A stretch of 64,000 bases of DNA from an uncultured delta proteobacterium. Lineage in GTDB: Bacteria; Myxococcota_A; Polyangia; Polyangiales; Houyiibacteriaceae. A model generated the notes under the pieces. That model had not been told where the DNA came from. It worked only from the letters and a program-made list of their open reading frames with translations, and made no database searches. How positions within the stretch are numbered: the first letter of the stretch is position 1; each line of letters begins with the position of its first letter. Shown in pieces: positions 47,674-58,082 of this stretch. The stretch lies in assembly GCA_963699755.1 (NCBI GenBank), contig CAVOVB010000001.1, positions 64,001 through 128,000 of the forward strand. The letters run 5' to 3'. A program made the position numbers and the translations under genes.

Positions 47674-48627
47674 ATGACTTTCAGCATCCGCAAGCTCTTC
47701 GTCCGCACGAGATATGCCGAGCCCGTCAACTTGGCTGGCAAGGCGATGATCGTCACGGGAACCGGCCGGGGCTCGCTGGGCTTCGCAACGGCGCGCACGC
47801 TCGCCGCATGGGGAGCCTCGGTGGTGGTGACGACGCGTTCGCACACCGACGCGATCGTCGAGGCGCTACGGGCCCAGCTCCCCGACGGCGAGGCTCGCGC
47901 GCGCATCATGGGGCATGCACTCGACCTGTCCCGTCGCGATTCGGTCGAAGAATTCGCGCGCTGGCTCACGGAGACCGGCGGGGACCAGCTGGACGTGTTG
48001 ATCAACAATGCAGGCGTTCACTTGGATCTCCTGTCCAAGTGGAAGGAGCCTCGGCTCACCAGCGATGGTTTCGAAACCCACTGGCGCATCAACTATCTCG
48101 GCACCGCGCACCTCACGCGTCGACTGCTGCCGTTGCTAGAAAAGGCCGGCCAACAAACCGGTGACGCCCGCATCGTCACAGTCGGCTCGCGTCTCTACAA
48201 GAAGGGATCGAACGAGGACATGCTCGAGGCGACGCGCGCCTACAACTCGTGGAACGCCTACGGCAACTCCAAGCTTGCGCTGATGCATATGACATCGGAG
48301 ATCCAACGTCGCTACGCCGATCGTTCGCAGCTACAGGCGTACTGCCTGCATCCGGGCGCAGTGTTCACCCGCGTTGCGGACAAGGGCCTCGAAGAAACCG
48401 GGCTCATCCAGACCGTACGGAGCGCAATGGCCCCCGTCGAGGCATTCTTTCTGAAGACACCAGACGAGGGAGCGCAGACCCAGATCCACTGCGCCACCCA
48501 TCCAGGCCTCGCGGGAGGCATCTACTTCACCGACTGCCAGCCGAGGGAGCCTGGCCAGGATGCCTGCGACGCCGAGGTCGCCGGCCGCCTTTGGGACGCG
48601 ACGCAGGAGTGGATCCGGGGAGGCTAG
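47674..48627 (+). CDS. SDR oxidoreductase (retinol dehydrogenase/WWOX-like)
   Basis: TGTGRGSLG, LINNAG, YGNSK, LHPGAV, GAQT. Confidence 0.9.
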   Translation: MTFSIRKLFVRTRYAEPVNLAGKAMIVTGTGRGSLGFATARTLAAWGASVVVTTRSHTDAIVEALRAQLPDGEARARIMGHALDLSRRDSVEEFARWLTETGGDQLDVLINNAGVHLDLLSKWKEPRLTSDGFETHWRINYLGTAHLTRRLLPLLEKAGQQTGDARIVTVGSRLYKKGSNEDMLEATRAYNSWNAYGNSKLALMHMTSEIQRRYADRSQLQAYCLHPGAVFTRVADKGLEETGLIQTVRSAMAPVEAFFLKTPDEGAQTQIHCATHPGLAGGIYFTDCQPREPGQDACDAEVAGRLWDATQEWIRGG

Positions 48628-48723
48628 CGCTGACGCCGACACTGGCAGTGGCGGCCGCCGACGGCGGCGACGAATCCGGCCGCCGAACCGCACCTAAGCA
48701 CCCGAAGCCCTTCGCCCAGCCCC

Positions 48724-48739
48724 TGGCACGCTCCGTGCT
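48724..48739 (+). promoter_or_regulatory. sigma54-like promoter of comM-recA, apparently leaderless
   Basis: TGGCACGCTCCGTGCT (GG-N10-GC); predicted +1 falls within about 2 nt of ATG 48752; no RBS seen. Confidence 0.5.
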
Positions 48740-48751
48740 CTGGGTGCTTCC

Positions 48752-50254
48752 ATGCTCGCCACCGCGCATGCCGCCTGCCTCATCGGAATCGAAGCCAACC
48801 CCGTTCAAGTGGAAGTGCGTCTCGGCGAGGGTCTCCCCGGTTTCGACATCGTCGGTCTTCCCGAGCGTGGCGTTCGGGAGAGTCGCATCCGGGTGCGAGC
48901 CGCCCTGTCGTCGATCGGTTTCGCGTTTCCGCCGCGCCATCTTGTTTTGAATTTGGCGCCCGGGGACGTTCCCAAGACCGGCGCTGGCTTGGACCTCGCG
49001 ATCGCCGCCGCGGTCTTGGCCGCTTGTGAAGGTGTCTCCACCGAGCTGCTCTCGAGCACGCTCTTGATCGGGGAGCTCTCGCTTTCCGGGGAGCTGCGTC
49101 CCGTTCGTGGCGTTCTCGCCTTGCTTCGAAGCGCGCGCCAAGCAGGGCTTGAGAACGCGATCATCCCGGAGGGCAACCGTCACGAAGCGATGTTGGTCGA
49201 AGGGGTGTCGGTCCTGAGCGCGCCCCATGTCGGTGCCGTGGTCCGCTGGTTGAGCGGAGAGGCGCCGCTTCCCGACGTCACGGGAGAGGGGGCGGCCCCG
49301 GAGTCCGTTCTCGATGCCGAACCGGAGCGTGATCTCAGCGCGATTCGAGGGCAGGAGGCCGCCCGTCGCGCGCTCGAAATCGCCGCGGCAGGCGGCCACC
49401 ACATGCTCCTGATCGGAAGCCCCGGCGCAGGGAAGACGATGCTCGCCCGAGCCCTGCCTTCGATCCTTCCACCACCCACGTCCGAAGAGGCACTCGAAAT
49501 CGCCACCATCGCGAGCTCGGCGGGTCTTCGTTCGCCCCGTATTCTGACCGGGCGGCAGCGCCCTTTCCGCGCACCGCATCACACGGCAAGTGCGGCAGCC
49601 ATCGTGGGCGGTGGCGAACCGATCCGCGCCGGGGAGCTGACTCTGGCTCACCGTGGCGTGCTGTTCCTCGACGAGCTCCCAGAGTTTCGCCGAGACGCCA
49701 TCGAGACCCTGCGAACGACGATGGAAGAAGGCGAGGTCGTGATCTCCAGAGCGCGGCAACGCGTGCGTCTCCCCGCCGAGCCGATGGTCGTCGCCGCCAT
49801 GAACCCCTGCCCTTGCGGCTACCACGGCGACCCGACGCGATTCTGCCGATGCGGTGAGCTTCAGATCGCACGCTACCGCGGCCGAGTGTCGGGCCCACTC
49901 CTCGATCGCTTCGATCTCCAAGTCGCCGTTCCGCGAGTCAGTGCCCGCATGATGCGAAAGGCAACCCGCGGTGAGGAATCAAGAGCCGTACAGCGAAGGG
50001 TCGAGGAGGCCCGGGCACGCCTGGCTTCGTCTGGCACAGGCGCGAGCCTCGAGTCCCTCACGCGAAACGTCACCCAAGAGGCCCTCACCTTGCTCGAGCT
50101 CGGCGTCGAACGCTTGAAGATGAGCGCCCGGGCCTATCTCAAGGCCCTCCGCGTGGCGCACACGATCGCCTCGCTCGACGCGGCGCTCGAGGTTCTCCCC
50201 GCGCACACCGCCGAGGCATTGCAGTACCGAGTCTTGGATCGCGAGCCGGACTGA
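48752..50254 (+). CDS. comM: ComM/YifB Mg-chelatase-like AAA+ ATPase
   Basis: IVGLPE...[50 protein letters not shown]. Confidence 0.95.
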   Translation: MLATAHAACLIGIEANPVQVEVRLGEGLPGFDIVGLPERGVRESRIRVRAALSSIGFAFPPRHLVLNLAPGDVPKTGAGLDLAIAAAVLAACEGVSTELLSSTLLIGELSLSGELRPVRGVLALLRSARQAGLENAIIPEGNRHEAMLVEGVSVLSAPHVGAVVRWLSGEAPLPDVTGEGAAPESVLDAEPERDLSAIRGQEAARRALEIAAAGGHHMLLIGSPGAGKTMLARALPSILPPPTSEEALEIATIASSAGLRSPRILTGRQRPFRAPHHTASAAAIVGGGEPIRAGELTLAHRGVLFLDELPEFRRDAIETLRTTMEEGEVVISRARQRVRLPAEPMVVAAMNPCPCGYHGDPTRFCRCGELQIARYRGRVSGPLLDRFDLQVAVPRVSARMMRKATRGEESRAVQRRVEEARARLASSGTGASLESLTRNVTQEALTLLELGVERLKMSARAYLKALRVAHTIASLDAALEVLPAHTAEALQYRVLDREPD

Positions 50255-50306
50255 GGCTCGACCGATCGCGAGAAGCAACCCCCCGAAAAAAAAGGAGCAA
50301 GAGCAG

Positions 50307-51305
<999 letters not shown>

Positions 51306-51343
51306 CGGTTTGTGAACCGGTCGCTTCCTGTTACAAGACGGGC

Positions 51344-52297
51344 GTGCGCTTTCTGGTTACAGGGGCAACCGGGTTCATTGGCGGCGCCGTCGTGCAGGAC
51401 CTGCACGCGTCCGGCCATGAAGTCGTGGCATACGTCCGAGAAGGTAGTGACTCGCGCCCGCTGCAGAACGTCGAGCGGATCGTCGGAGACCTCAGTGACC
51501 CGAACCGCTTGGCGATTGCCGCGGCGAATTGCGACGCGATGGTCCACGCCGCCGGCATCACCGATCCGGCAGCCGACCCCGAGACACTTGGTTGGGTCCA
51601 CATCGCCGGCACCGAGAACGCGATCAATGCCGCGAGGAAAGCCGGTTGCCAACGCTTCATTCACGTCTCTTGCGCCGATGTCACCCTCTATGACGGGCCG
51701 CGCTCGTTTTGGAACGAGGACGCCGCTCCTTCTCGACCCTACGGGGAGCTCGCACGCAGCAAGCTCCATGCCGAGGAGCTCGCGCGGGTCTCGGGCCGAC
51801 GCGGATTCCGAACCTCCATCATTCGGCCCGCTCTGGTGTGGGGCCCAGGCGACAGGACAAACCTGCCCGGCTGGGAGCGTGAAGCCGAGCGGGGAGGCAT
51901 CGGAATCGTGGGCCGCGGCAAAAAATTGCTCGCGACCACGTACATCGGAAACCTCGCGCACGCAGTGCGGCGATCCGTCGAGACGAAAATCACGACCGGC
52001 AACGTATACTATGTCGTCGACGCCGAGCTCCATGTCGCCCGCGACTTCTTCACCGAGCTCAGCGCGGCCCTCGGATGGAACCCGCCGAGGAATGCAGGCC
52101 CATACCACTGGGCCTTCTTCGCCTCGCGGGCGGGGCTCTCGTCGCTGCATCCGACGCAGGTGATTCGGCGAGGACAGACGAGCGCGTTCGAGATGAACAG
52201 AGCCAAACACGATCTCGGCTACGAGCCAGTCGTCACCCGCGAGCAAGGTTTGGCCGCGCTCGCTGCCTGGTATCGCGAAACGCGGGGTGGCCCATGA
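51344..52297 (+). CDS. NAD-dependent epimerase/dehydratase (3beta-HSD-like); Tyr of the YxxxK motif appears replaced
   Basis: TGATGFIG, HAAG, LARSK, RPALVWGPGD. Confidence 0.85.
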   Translation: MRFLVTGATGFIGGAVVQDLHASGHEVVAYVREGSDSRPLQNVERIVGDLSDPNRLAIAAANCDAMVHAAGITDPAADPETLGWVHIAGTENAINAARKAGCQRFIHVSCADVTLYDGPRSFWNEDAAPSRPYGELARSKLHAEELARVSGRRGFRTSIIRPALVWGPGDRTNLPGWEREAERGGIGIVGRGKKLLATTYIGNLAHAVRRSVETKITTGNVYYVVDAELHVARDFFTELSAALGWNPPRNAGPYHWAFFASRAGLSSLHPTQVIRRGQTSAFEMNRAKHDLGYEPVVTREQGLAALAAWYRETRGGP

Positions 52298-52779
52298 ACG
52301 ACGAAAACCTCGATGCGCAATGGATGCGGGCAGCGATCGCAGAGGCGCGCCTGGCCGAGGCCAAGAGTGAAGTGCCCGTAGGCGCGGTCATCGTTCACGA
52401 AGGCCAAATCATCGGCCGCGGCCACAACGCACGCGAGTCCTCACAGGACCCTACCGCCCATGCCGAGATGATCGCGATTCGCCAAGCGGCTGAGCGACTC
52501 GGGAGCTGGCGCCTGATCGACACGGCCCTCTATGTCACCCTCGAACCCTGTCCCATGTGCGCCGGCGCGCTCGTGAATGCGCGTGTGCCGAGAGTCGTCT
52601 GGGGCTGCGACGATCCCAAAGCCGGCGCTACCAAGACGCTCTACAACATCGGCAGCGACGCTCGCTTGAACCATCGTTTCGAATGCGTTCCAGGGGTTCT
52701 CGAAGAGGCTTGCAGCGCGCTTCTCACCCAGTTTTTCGCGGCAATTCGGGCCAAGGACGAGCCCCGGAACGGCCGTTGA
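52294..52779 (+). CDS. tadA: tRNA adenosine(34) deaminase
   Basis: EVPVGAV, PTAHAE, LYVTLEPCPMCAGA, DPKAGA. Confidence 0.96.
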   Translation: MNDENLDAQWMRAAIAEARLAEAKSEVPVGAVIVHEGQIIGRGHNARESSQDPTAHAEMIAIRQAAERLGSWRLIDTALYVTLEPCPMCAGALVNARVPRVVWGCDDPKAGATKTLYNIGSDARLNHRFECVPGVLEEACSALLTQFFAAIRAKDEPRNGR

Positions 52780-52803
52780 CACCCCAAAGCGTTTTGCTAG
52801 CTT
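52776..52803 (+). promoter_or_regulatory. sigma70 stable-RNA promoter
   Basis: TTGACA-16bp-TAGCTT with extended TG and GC-rich discriminator before the tRNA. Confidence 0.7.
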
Positions 52804-52810
52804 CCGCCGC

Positions 52811-52898
52811 GGAGAGCTGTCCGAGTGGTCGAAGGTGCTTGATTCGAAATCAAGTGTACCGAAAGGTACCAAGGGTTCGAATCCCTTGCTCTCCGCCA
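52811..52898 (+). tRNA. tRNA-Ser(CGA)
   Basis: Cloverleaf; anticodon arm CTTGA-TTCGAAA-TCAAG; long variable arm; encoded CCA. Confidence 0.96.
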
Positions 52899-52983
52899 GG
52901 TTCTTTGACCTACAAGTTGACGACCGCCGAAGCTTCTGCCCCAAACGCAGAGGCCGAAGCGAACAGGAAGGCGGACTCCGCCG

Positions 52984-53068
52984 GGAGAGGTGACCGAGTG
53001 GTCGAAGGTGCACGACTGGAAATCGTGTGTGCCGAAAGGTACCGGGGGTTCGAATCCCTTCCTCTCCG
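52984..53068 (+). tRNA. tRNA-Ser(GGA)
   Basis: CACGA-CTGGAAA-TCGTG; long variable arm; followed by CCG rather than CCA. Confidence 0.95.
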
Positions 53069-53104
53069 CCGATCGGCGCTCCCGCCCTGGGGGCTCCGCG
53101 ATAT

Positions 53105-53184
<80 letters not shown>

Positions 53185-53232
53185 TTTTTTACGCTATCTT
53201 TGTGCATGGCGGGCAAGAGGTCTTACTCAGCG

Positions 53233-54021
53233 ATGGAGCGAATCATGCGTCATTCGATCGCCTTCTCCTTGCTCGTCGCGCTCGCCCAGCCAGTCAGCGC
53301 GCTCGGGCAAGCGTCGACCGCAGAACCCAAGGACGAGCCTGCGTCGATCGTCGTCATCGACTCCCCGCCACCAGCTATTCCGGCACAGGTTCCGTCGACC
53401 GGCGTCGTTCTCGCGCGGCCGGGCCGGGTCGTGCTTTCCGGAACGCCTGTCCCGACTCACTTCCGGTCGCCCGCCGACGGCGTCTCGTTCCATCTTCAGA
53501 CCGGCGGAAGCTACTCCTCGATCAGCGGCCTCAGCTTCGGCATGGGGTACGGCTGGGGCGGGCCGGGCTGGGGTTGGGGCGGCTACGGCGTCGGTTACGG
53601 CGTTGCCCCTTACTACGGCGAGGTCGTCACCAGGGCCTATCAGCCGATCTGCGAAACGCCCTGCGATGCGACCTTGCTATCGGGTCGCCACCGCTTTGCG
53701 CTCTCGCTCGACGGAGGTAGGCCCGTCGACGTCGCGCAACCCATCGACTTGAGCGTCGAGTCGGTCGTCGAAGGCCGCTACGTCGACAAGAGCCGCATGC
53801 GACGAGCCGGCTGGATCTCCTTCGTCGCCGGCTCCATCGCCGGGATGGCCTTCATGTTCGCCTCGATCGATTACCGATCCGACCCGTATTATGGCGACCA
53901 AATCCGCTACGGCGGCATGTTCTACACAGGCGTCGGCCTCTTGGTCAGCTCGATCATCACCGGCTCGGTCCTCGCCTCCCAAAATGACGAAGCAAGCGTC
54001 ACCGTGTTTCCAGTCCAGTAG
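53233..54021 (+). CDS. Exported/membrane hypothetical protein (Gly/Tyr-rich, ICETPC PEGA-like segment)
   Basis: Signal peptide and two C-terminal TMs. Confidence 0.7.
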   Translation: MERIMRHSIAFSLLVALAQPVSALGQASTAEPKDEPASIVVIDSPPPAIPAQVPSTGVVLARPGRVVLSGTPVPTHFRSPADGVSFHLQTGGSYSSISGLSFGMGYGWGGPGWGWGGYGVGYGVAPYYGEVVTRAYQPICETPCDATLLSGRHRFALSLDGGRPVDVAQPIDLSVESVVEGRYVDKSRMRRAGWISFVAGSIAGMAFMFASIDYRSDPYYGDQIRYGGMFYTGVGLLVSSIITGSVLASQNDEASVTVFPVQ

Positions 54022-54056
54022 AGCGTGAAGCCACGTGGCTACGAAGTCGCTCTGCG

Positions 54057-54133
54057 TGGCGGACTCAAGAGGACTCGAACCTCTAACCCCCGGCTCCGTA
54101 GGCCGGTGCTCTATCCAATTGAGCTATGAGTCC
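54057..54133 (-). tRNA. tRNA-Arg(ACG)
   Basis: Minus strand GGACTCATAGCTCAATTGGATAGAGC-A-CCGGC-CTACGGA-GCCGG...TGAGTCCGCCA. Confidence 0.96.
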
Positions 54134-54144
54134 CCGGGATGCGC

Positions 54145-54172
54145 ACGGTAGCGGCCCCGTCTGGAGCGTCAA
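54145..54172 (-). promoter_or_regulatory. sigma70-type promoter for tRNA-Arg
   Basis: Minus strand TTGACG-16bp-TACCGT. Confidence 0.5.
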
Positions 54173-54213
54173 GCGCCCCGGCTGGCGGGGCCCATGGCGG
54201 AAGCCCCTACCGG

Positions 54214-54303
54214 CGGAGAGGAAGGGATTCGAACCCCCGGTACGGCTCTACACCGTACGGTCGCTTAGCAAGCGACTGCCTTCGACCACTCGGCCACCTC
54301 TCC
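54214..54303 (-). tRNA. tRNA-Ser(GCT)
   Basis: Minus strand GTCGC-TTGCTAA-GCGAC; long variable arm; followed by CCG. Confidence 0.95.
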
Positions 54304-54355
54304 AAGAAGCAAAGATTTCAACATGCGCCGCCGCCTGTGCGGCGCGCGGGCGGCC

Positions 54356-54384
54356 TTTGTAGCCGCCCCCCAAAGGAGTGTCAA
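54356..54384 (-). promoter_or_regulatory. sigma70-type promoter for tRNA-Ser(GCT)
   Basis: Minus strand TTGACA-17bp-TACAAA followed by a GC-rich discriminator. Confidence 0.65.
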
Positions 54385-54427
54385 AGCCCCCTCGGACCCT
54401 GGTCGGAGCCGTGCTACAAGATCGGAG

Positions 54428-54997
54428 ATGCGTTTGTTCTTCGTGCTCTTGATCGGTCTTGCGAGCTTCGCCCAAACCAGCGAGGCCAGAGCCTGCTCTT
54501 GCATGAAAATCAGCCCTTCGGAAGCCCTCAGCTCGGCCTATGCGGTCTTCACGGGGCAGGTCACGAAGATCGAGCCGAACACAGCCACTGGGTTTGGAGG
54601 GATCGAAATCACGCTCCGTGTAAAGAAGCTCTGGAAAGGCACGCTCGACGAGCAGGTCGAGGTGCATACCGCGGGAAACAGCGCGGCCTGCGGGTACGGA
54701 TTCGCGAAAGGCGAGACCTACCTGGTCTATGCTGAGCGTGATGAAGCCGACCCCATGCGAGTCAGCCTCTGCAGCCGGACCTCGCTCGTTGCCAACGCAC
54801 AAGAGGACCTCGACTTCCTCGGTAAACCCTCGCAACGGTTCGACGATGCGACCGGGCGCCGCAAGAGCACGCACGGCGAAGCCAACATGAAAGACAACTG
54901 CAGCGCATCCCCCGGTCCCGCAGGCCGCACTGGCCTTGGGTGGGTCGTGCTCTTGCTCGCCACGAGCGCAACCCTCGCGCGACGACGCATCGCTTGA
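54428..54997 (+). CDS. TIMP/NTR-like exported protein with MYXO-CTERM-like tail
   Basis: Signal ...ARA|CSC; AVFTGQV, WKG, ACGYGFAKGETYLVYA, LCSRT; tail NCSAS...GLGWVVLLLA...RRR. Confidence 0.8.
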   Translation: MRLFFVLLIGLASFAQTSEARACSCMKISPSEALSSAYAVFTGQVTKIEPNTATGFGGIEITLRVKKLWKGTLDEQVEVHTAGNSAACGYGFAKGETYLVYAERDEADPMRVSLCSRTSLVANAQEDLDFLGKPSQRFDDATGRRKSTHGEANMKDNCSASPGPAGRTGLGWVVLLLATSATLARRRIA

Positions 54998-55018
54998 CTC
55001 GCCCCTGAAGGACTCGGT

Positions 55019-56131
55019 TTGCACTGGATCATCCACGCATTTGTGCCGCTCGCGTTCGGGGCGTTGCTCGTGTGCCTGCTCGGCTGCAGCACGACCCCAG
55101 CGAAGCCGTCGCTGATGGCGAACATGGCGCAAGAAGACGTGACCGTCGCGCAGCTGCGAGCCCTGGACTACGAGTACGCGGCCCGCTTTGGTCAGCTCGT
55201 ATCGAGCGCGGCCCTCGATATCGTCGAAGCGAGCGATCAGCTCGAGGTCTTCGATTACGCGTACCAGTGGCAGATGTGGGCTGCTTCACAGGCGCGTGCC
55301 GCCGCATTCGACCGGGACCCTTTCGCCGGGATGCTGGAGCTCTGGGCGCTCGCGGGGCAGCAGCGCGACCACTTCACCGAAGGTGGGGGTAAGGACGCGT
55401 TCGGCGGGCAGCAGGCAATCGCCATCGGCACCACCGAGCGGCTGGAGCGGGATATCCGGGAAGTCGCCGCGGCTGTGATGGCACCCGAAGCGTTCGAAGC
55501 CCTGAGCACGAAAGTCGATGCGTGGGTCGAGGAGCATCCGATCGAGGGCCGGCTTTTCGTGCGGCCCACGGCGAGCGCAGACCTGGCAGCATTGATTCCA
55601 GCCGAGAAGCAAGGCGGCCTCAAAGCCGTCGGCAGCATCGAGGATACATTTCGCGACCTGAACGATCGACTGGCGATTCTCGCCGCACAGCTGCCCGTGG
55701 AGATGCGCTGGCAAGTTGAGTATCTGACGAATTCGTTGTTCGAGGAACGTCTCGAGGCGCCCGTGGACGAGCTGGTCGTCACCATGAACAAGATCAACGG
55801 CTTCCTGGACCGGTTCGAGGGGACGATTGATGGACAGGTGTCGACACTTCTCGATGCCGTGCAGAGCGAACGTCTCGCGGTGTTCGAGGCCGTCGCCGAG
55901 GAGCGGGCCACGGTGCTGGCGGCCATCGAGCAGGAGCGCATCGCGGTGATGAACGAGCTCGACTCCCAGCTGATCTCCGCCACCGCCGGGCTCAACGACG
56001 TCGGAAAGGGTCTGATCGACCACTTCTTCGTTCGCCTGATCGAGGTTCTCGCGGTGATGGGCGTCGTCACGATTCTCACGGTCCTGCTGGTGCTGGTCGT
56101 CCTTCGAAAACGTCGCACCGGCGACGATTGA
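55019..56131 (+). CDS. Alpha-helical lipoprotein with C-terminal TM, unknown function
   Basis: Lipobox LLGC; coiled coil; C-terminal TM followed by RKRR. Confidence 0.72.
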   Translation: MHWIIHAFVPLAFGALLVCLLGCSTTPAKPSLMANMAQEDVTVAQLRALDYEYAARFGQLVSSAALDIVEASDQLEVFDYAYQWQMWAASQARAAAFDRDPFAGMLELWALAGQQRDHFTEGGGKDAFGGQQAIAIGTTERLERDIREVAAAVMAPEAFEALSTKVDAWVEEHPIEGRLFVRPTASADLAALIPAEKQGGLKAVGSIEDTFRDLNDRLAILAAQLPVEMRWQVEYLTNSLFEERLEAPVDELVVTMNKINGFLDRFEGTIDGQVSTLLDAVQSERLAVFEAVAEERATVLAAIEQERIAVMNELDSQLISATAGLNDVGKGLIDHFFVRLIEVLAVMGVVTILTVLLVLVVLRKRRTGDD

Positions 56132-56162
56132 CCCTGCGCCACGAAACGAATATGTCCGTCCT

Positions 56163-57008
56163 ATGGATCTGGTTTCGTTTCGAGAGACGGCTGAGCGGTA
56201 CTCGGTCATTTTTCTCGACGCCTATGGCGTTCTGAAGAGCTCGAGCGGGCTCATCGATGGCGCCCTGGAGGTGGTCGCTTCCTTGATCGACGTAGGCAAA
56301 GAGGTCTTCGTCGTCACCAACGATTCGTCCCGGTCGCCAGAGTCGATGGCCGAACGGTACACGCAGCAAGCCGGACGCGAGCTCTTGCCGTCCGATCGCT
56401 ACATCTCCTCGGGGTTGCTCGCAGCCGAGTACCTCGAGAACCAAATTCCCTACGGCAAGGTCGCCTATCTTGGGAAGCCCGACTCCGCGCACTACATCGA
56501 AATCGCCGGCAAGATCCCGGTTCCCATTTCGGACTGCAGCCCGAAAGACAACATCGTGGCGATCGTAATCCTCGATGACGAGGGTTTCGACTGGTTCCGC
56601 GACGTGAACGCGACGCTCAATCTGATCCGTCGCACAAACGTGCCAGTCATCGTCGCAAACGCTGACATCACCTACCCCACCAGGGGTAACGACATCGCGA
56701 TCGCAGTCGGCAGCCTCGGCCAGCTTCTCTCGAACATCACCGAAAAGACTTTCGTCCGCTTTGGCAAACCGGACTCGATGATGTTCGCGTACTCCCTAGC
56801 TCGAGCCCGCGCACAGCTCCCGAACGTCACCAAGCGCGATGTCCTCTTCGTAGGTGACACGCTGCGAACGGACATCATTGGGGCTAACACCTACGGCTTC
56901 GATACCACCCTGGTCCTCTCAGGCAACACCTTGCCAGAAACGGCCGACCTGATGATCAAGAGCTCGGGCATCATCCCGACGTACATTAGCGCGTCGATCG
57001 CAACCTAG
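56163..57008 (+). CDS. HAD-IIA hydrolase (NagD-like sugar phosphatase)
   Basis: FLDAYGVL, VTND, GKP, VGDTLRTDIIGA, LVLSG. Confidence 0.92.
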   Translation: MDLVSFRETAERYSVIFLDAYGVLKSSSGLIDGALEVVASLIDVGKEVFVVTNDSSRSPESMAERYTQQAGRELLPSDRYISSGLLAAEYLENQIPYGKVAYLGKPDSAHYIEIAGKIPVPISDCSPKDNIVAIVILDDEGFDWFRDVNATLNLIRRTNVPVIVANADITYPTRGNDIAIAVGSLGQLLSNITEKTFVRFGKPDSMMFAYSLARARAQLPNVTKRDVLFVGDTLRTDIIGANTYGFDTTLVLSGNTLPETADLMIKSSGIIPTYISASIAT

Positions 57009-57021
57009 TCCCGGGGCGCGG

Positions 57022-58065
57022 CTACAGAATCTCGAGAAGGGGCTCGAAGTCTGCGAGCTCCAGCTGGGGCAGGTAGTCGTGCACCGCCTCCTGCTGCAAT
57101 CGGTAGCAAATGTCGGGCTGGAAAAAGTGCTCGCCGACCCGGAGGACGTAGTTCAGGATGAAGAAGCGGTACGCCTCTTTGAGGAAGAGGAGCTCCTCTT
57201 TCGTGAGTCGGTGAACCTCATGGTAGGCGCGTAGGAATTTCATGAAGCGCTCGTCGAAGAACGGGTCGACCGTGTAGCTGAACGCGGTCTGGTCGCCCTC
57301 GGCGCGAACGACGCGGGCGCAGAAATAGAAATCGAGCATCCTGGGCTCGATCCGGAACCAGTCATAGTCCCAGCGCGAAAAGAACTTGAAGCCGTCCCCG
57401 TCCATGCCGACGGAGAAGTTCCCCAGGTTCCAGTCGATCAGGACGGGGATCTTCGTCCACTCGTGGTAGCCGAGGTCATCCGCGTTGCCTAGAAAAGCGT
57501 CGCAGTGGGCGCGGACGTAGCTGATCGACGAGTCCGAGAAACCCCGCTCGCGGCGCCACTCCGAGCTGCCAATCGCGTCGTGCAGACTCGCCACGTCCGC
57601 ACCGAGCGACTGCCAGGTCGGTCTCACCCGATCCGAAATCTCGAAGCATGCTCGATGGAAGAGCCCCATCTCTTGGCCCAACGACTCGATCTGCCCGTCG
57701 GTCAGCACCTTTGGAAGGAAGTCGTAGAAAGGCTGCTGAGCGTAGAACACCACCCACTCGTCCTCCTCGCGGTAGGTGAAGACCTCGCCGTTCTTGAGAA
57801 GCACCGGCGCCAGAAACGATGCGTAGCGCGTTCCGCGAAGCCGATGAATCCACTCGTGGATTCGGTAGTGGTCCTGTCGAAAGTGAACGTACGAGCCGTA
57901 GCTCGACCGCTTCGCCACCACGGCGTGCCCGTCTTCGAGCTCGAGCAGGTACACCGAGTTGGTCGAGACTTTGGCGCTGATCTCCCGTACCTCGACCACT
58001 TCCCGGTGATCCCCGTAGGCATCCCAGGCGGCGATCACGATGGGTGGGACAGCGGGCTCAGTCAC
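57022..58065 (-). CDS. Protein-kinase-like (APH/choline kinase fold) putative small-molecule kinase
   Basis: STNSVY, VVAK, MGLFH, IDWNLGNF (Brenner-like), WDYDW. Confidence 0.65.
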   Translation of the reverse strand: MTEPAVPPIVIAAWDAYGDHREVVEVREISAKVSTNSVYLLELEDGHAVVAKRSSYGSYVHFRQDHYRIHEWIHRLRGTRYASFLAPVLLKNGEVFTYREEDEWVVFYAQQPFYDFLPKVLTDGQIESLGQEMGLFHRACFEISDRVRPTWQSLGADVASLHDAIGSSEWRRERGFSDSSISYVRAHCDAFLGNADDLGYHEWTKIPVLIDWNLGNFSVGMDGDGFKFFSRWDYDWFRIEPRMLDFYFCARVVRAEGDQTAFSYTVDPFFDERFMKFLRAYHEVHRLTKEELLFLKEAYRFFILNYVLRVGEHFFQPDICYRLQQEAVHDYLPQLELADFEPLLEIL

Positions 58066-58082
58066 GCTCGAGTGGGCGCTTC

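Noticed and set aside
48669..48689. GACGAATCCGGCCGCCGAACC resembles part of the esterase insertion (13-bp exact match to 20083-20095)
   Set aside because: It lacks the AACNTGGGAC core, and 13-bp matches between arbitrary sites are expected by chance in 64 kb of GC-rich DNA. Worth rechecking in a genome-wide scan.
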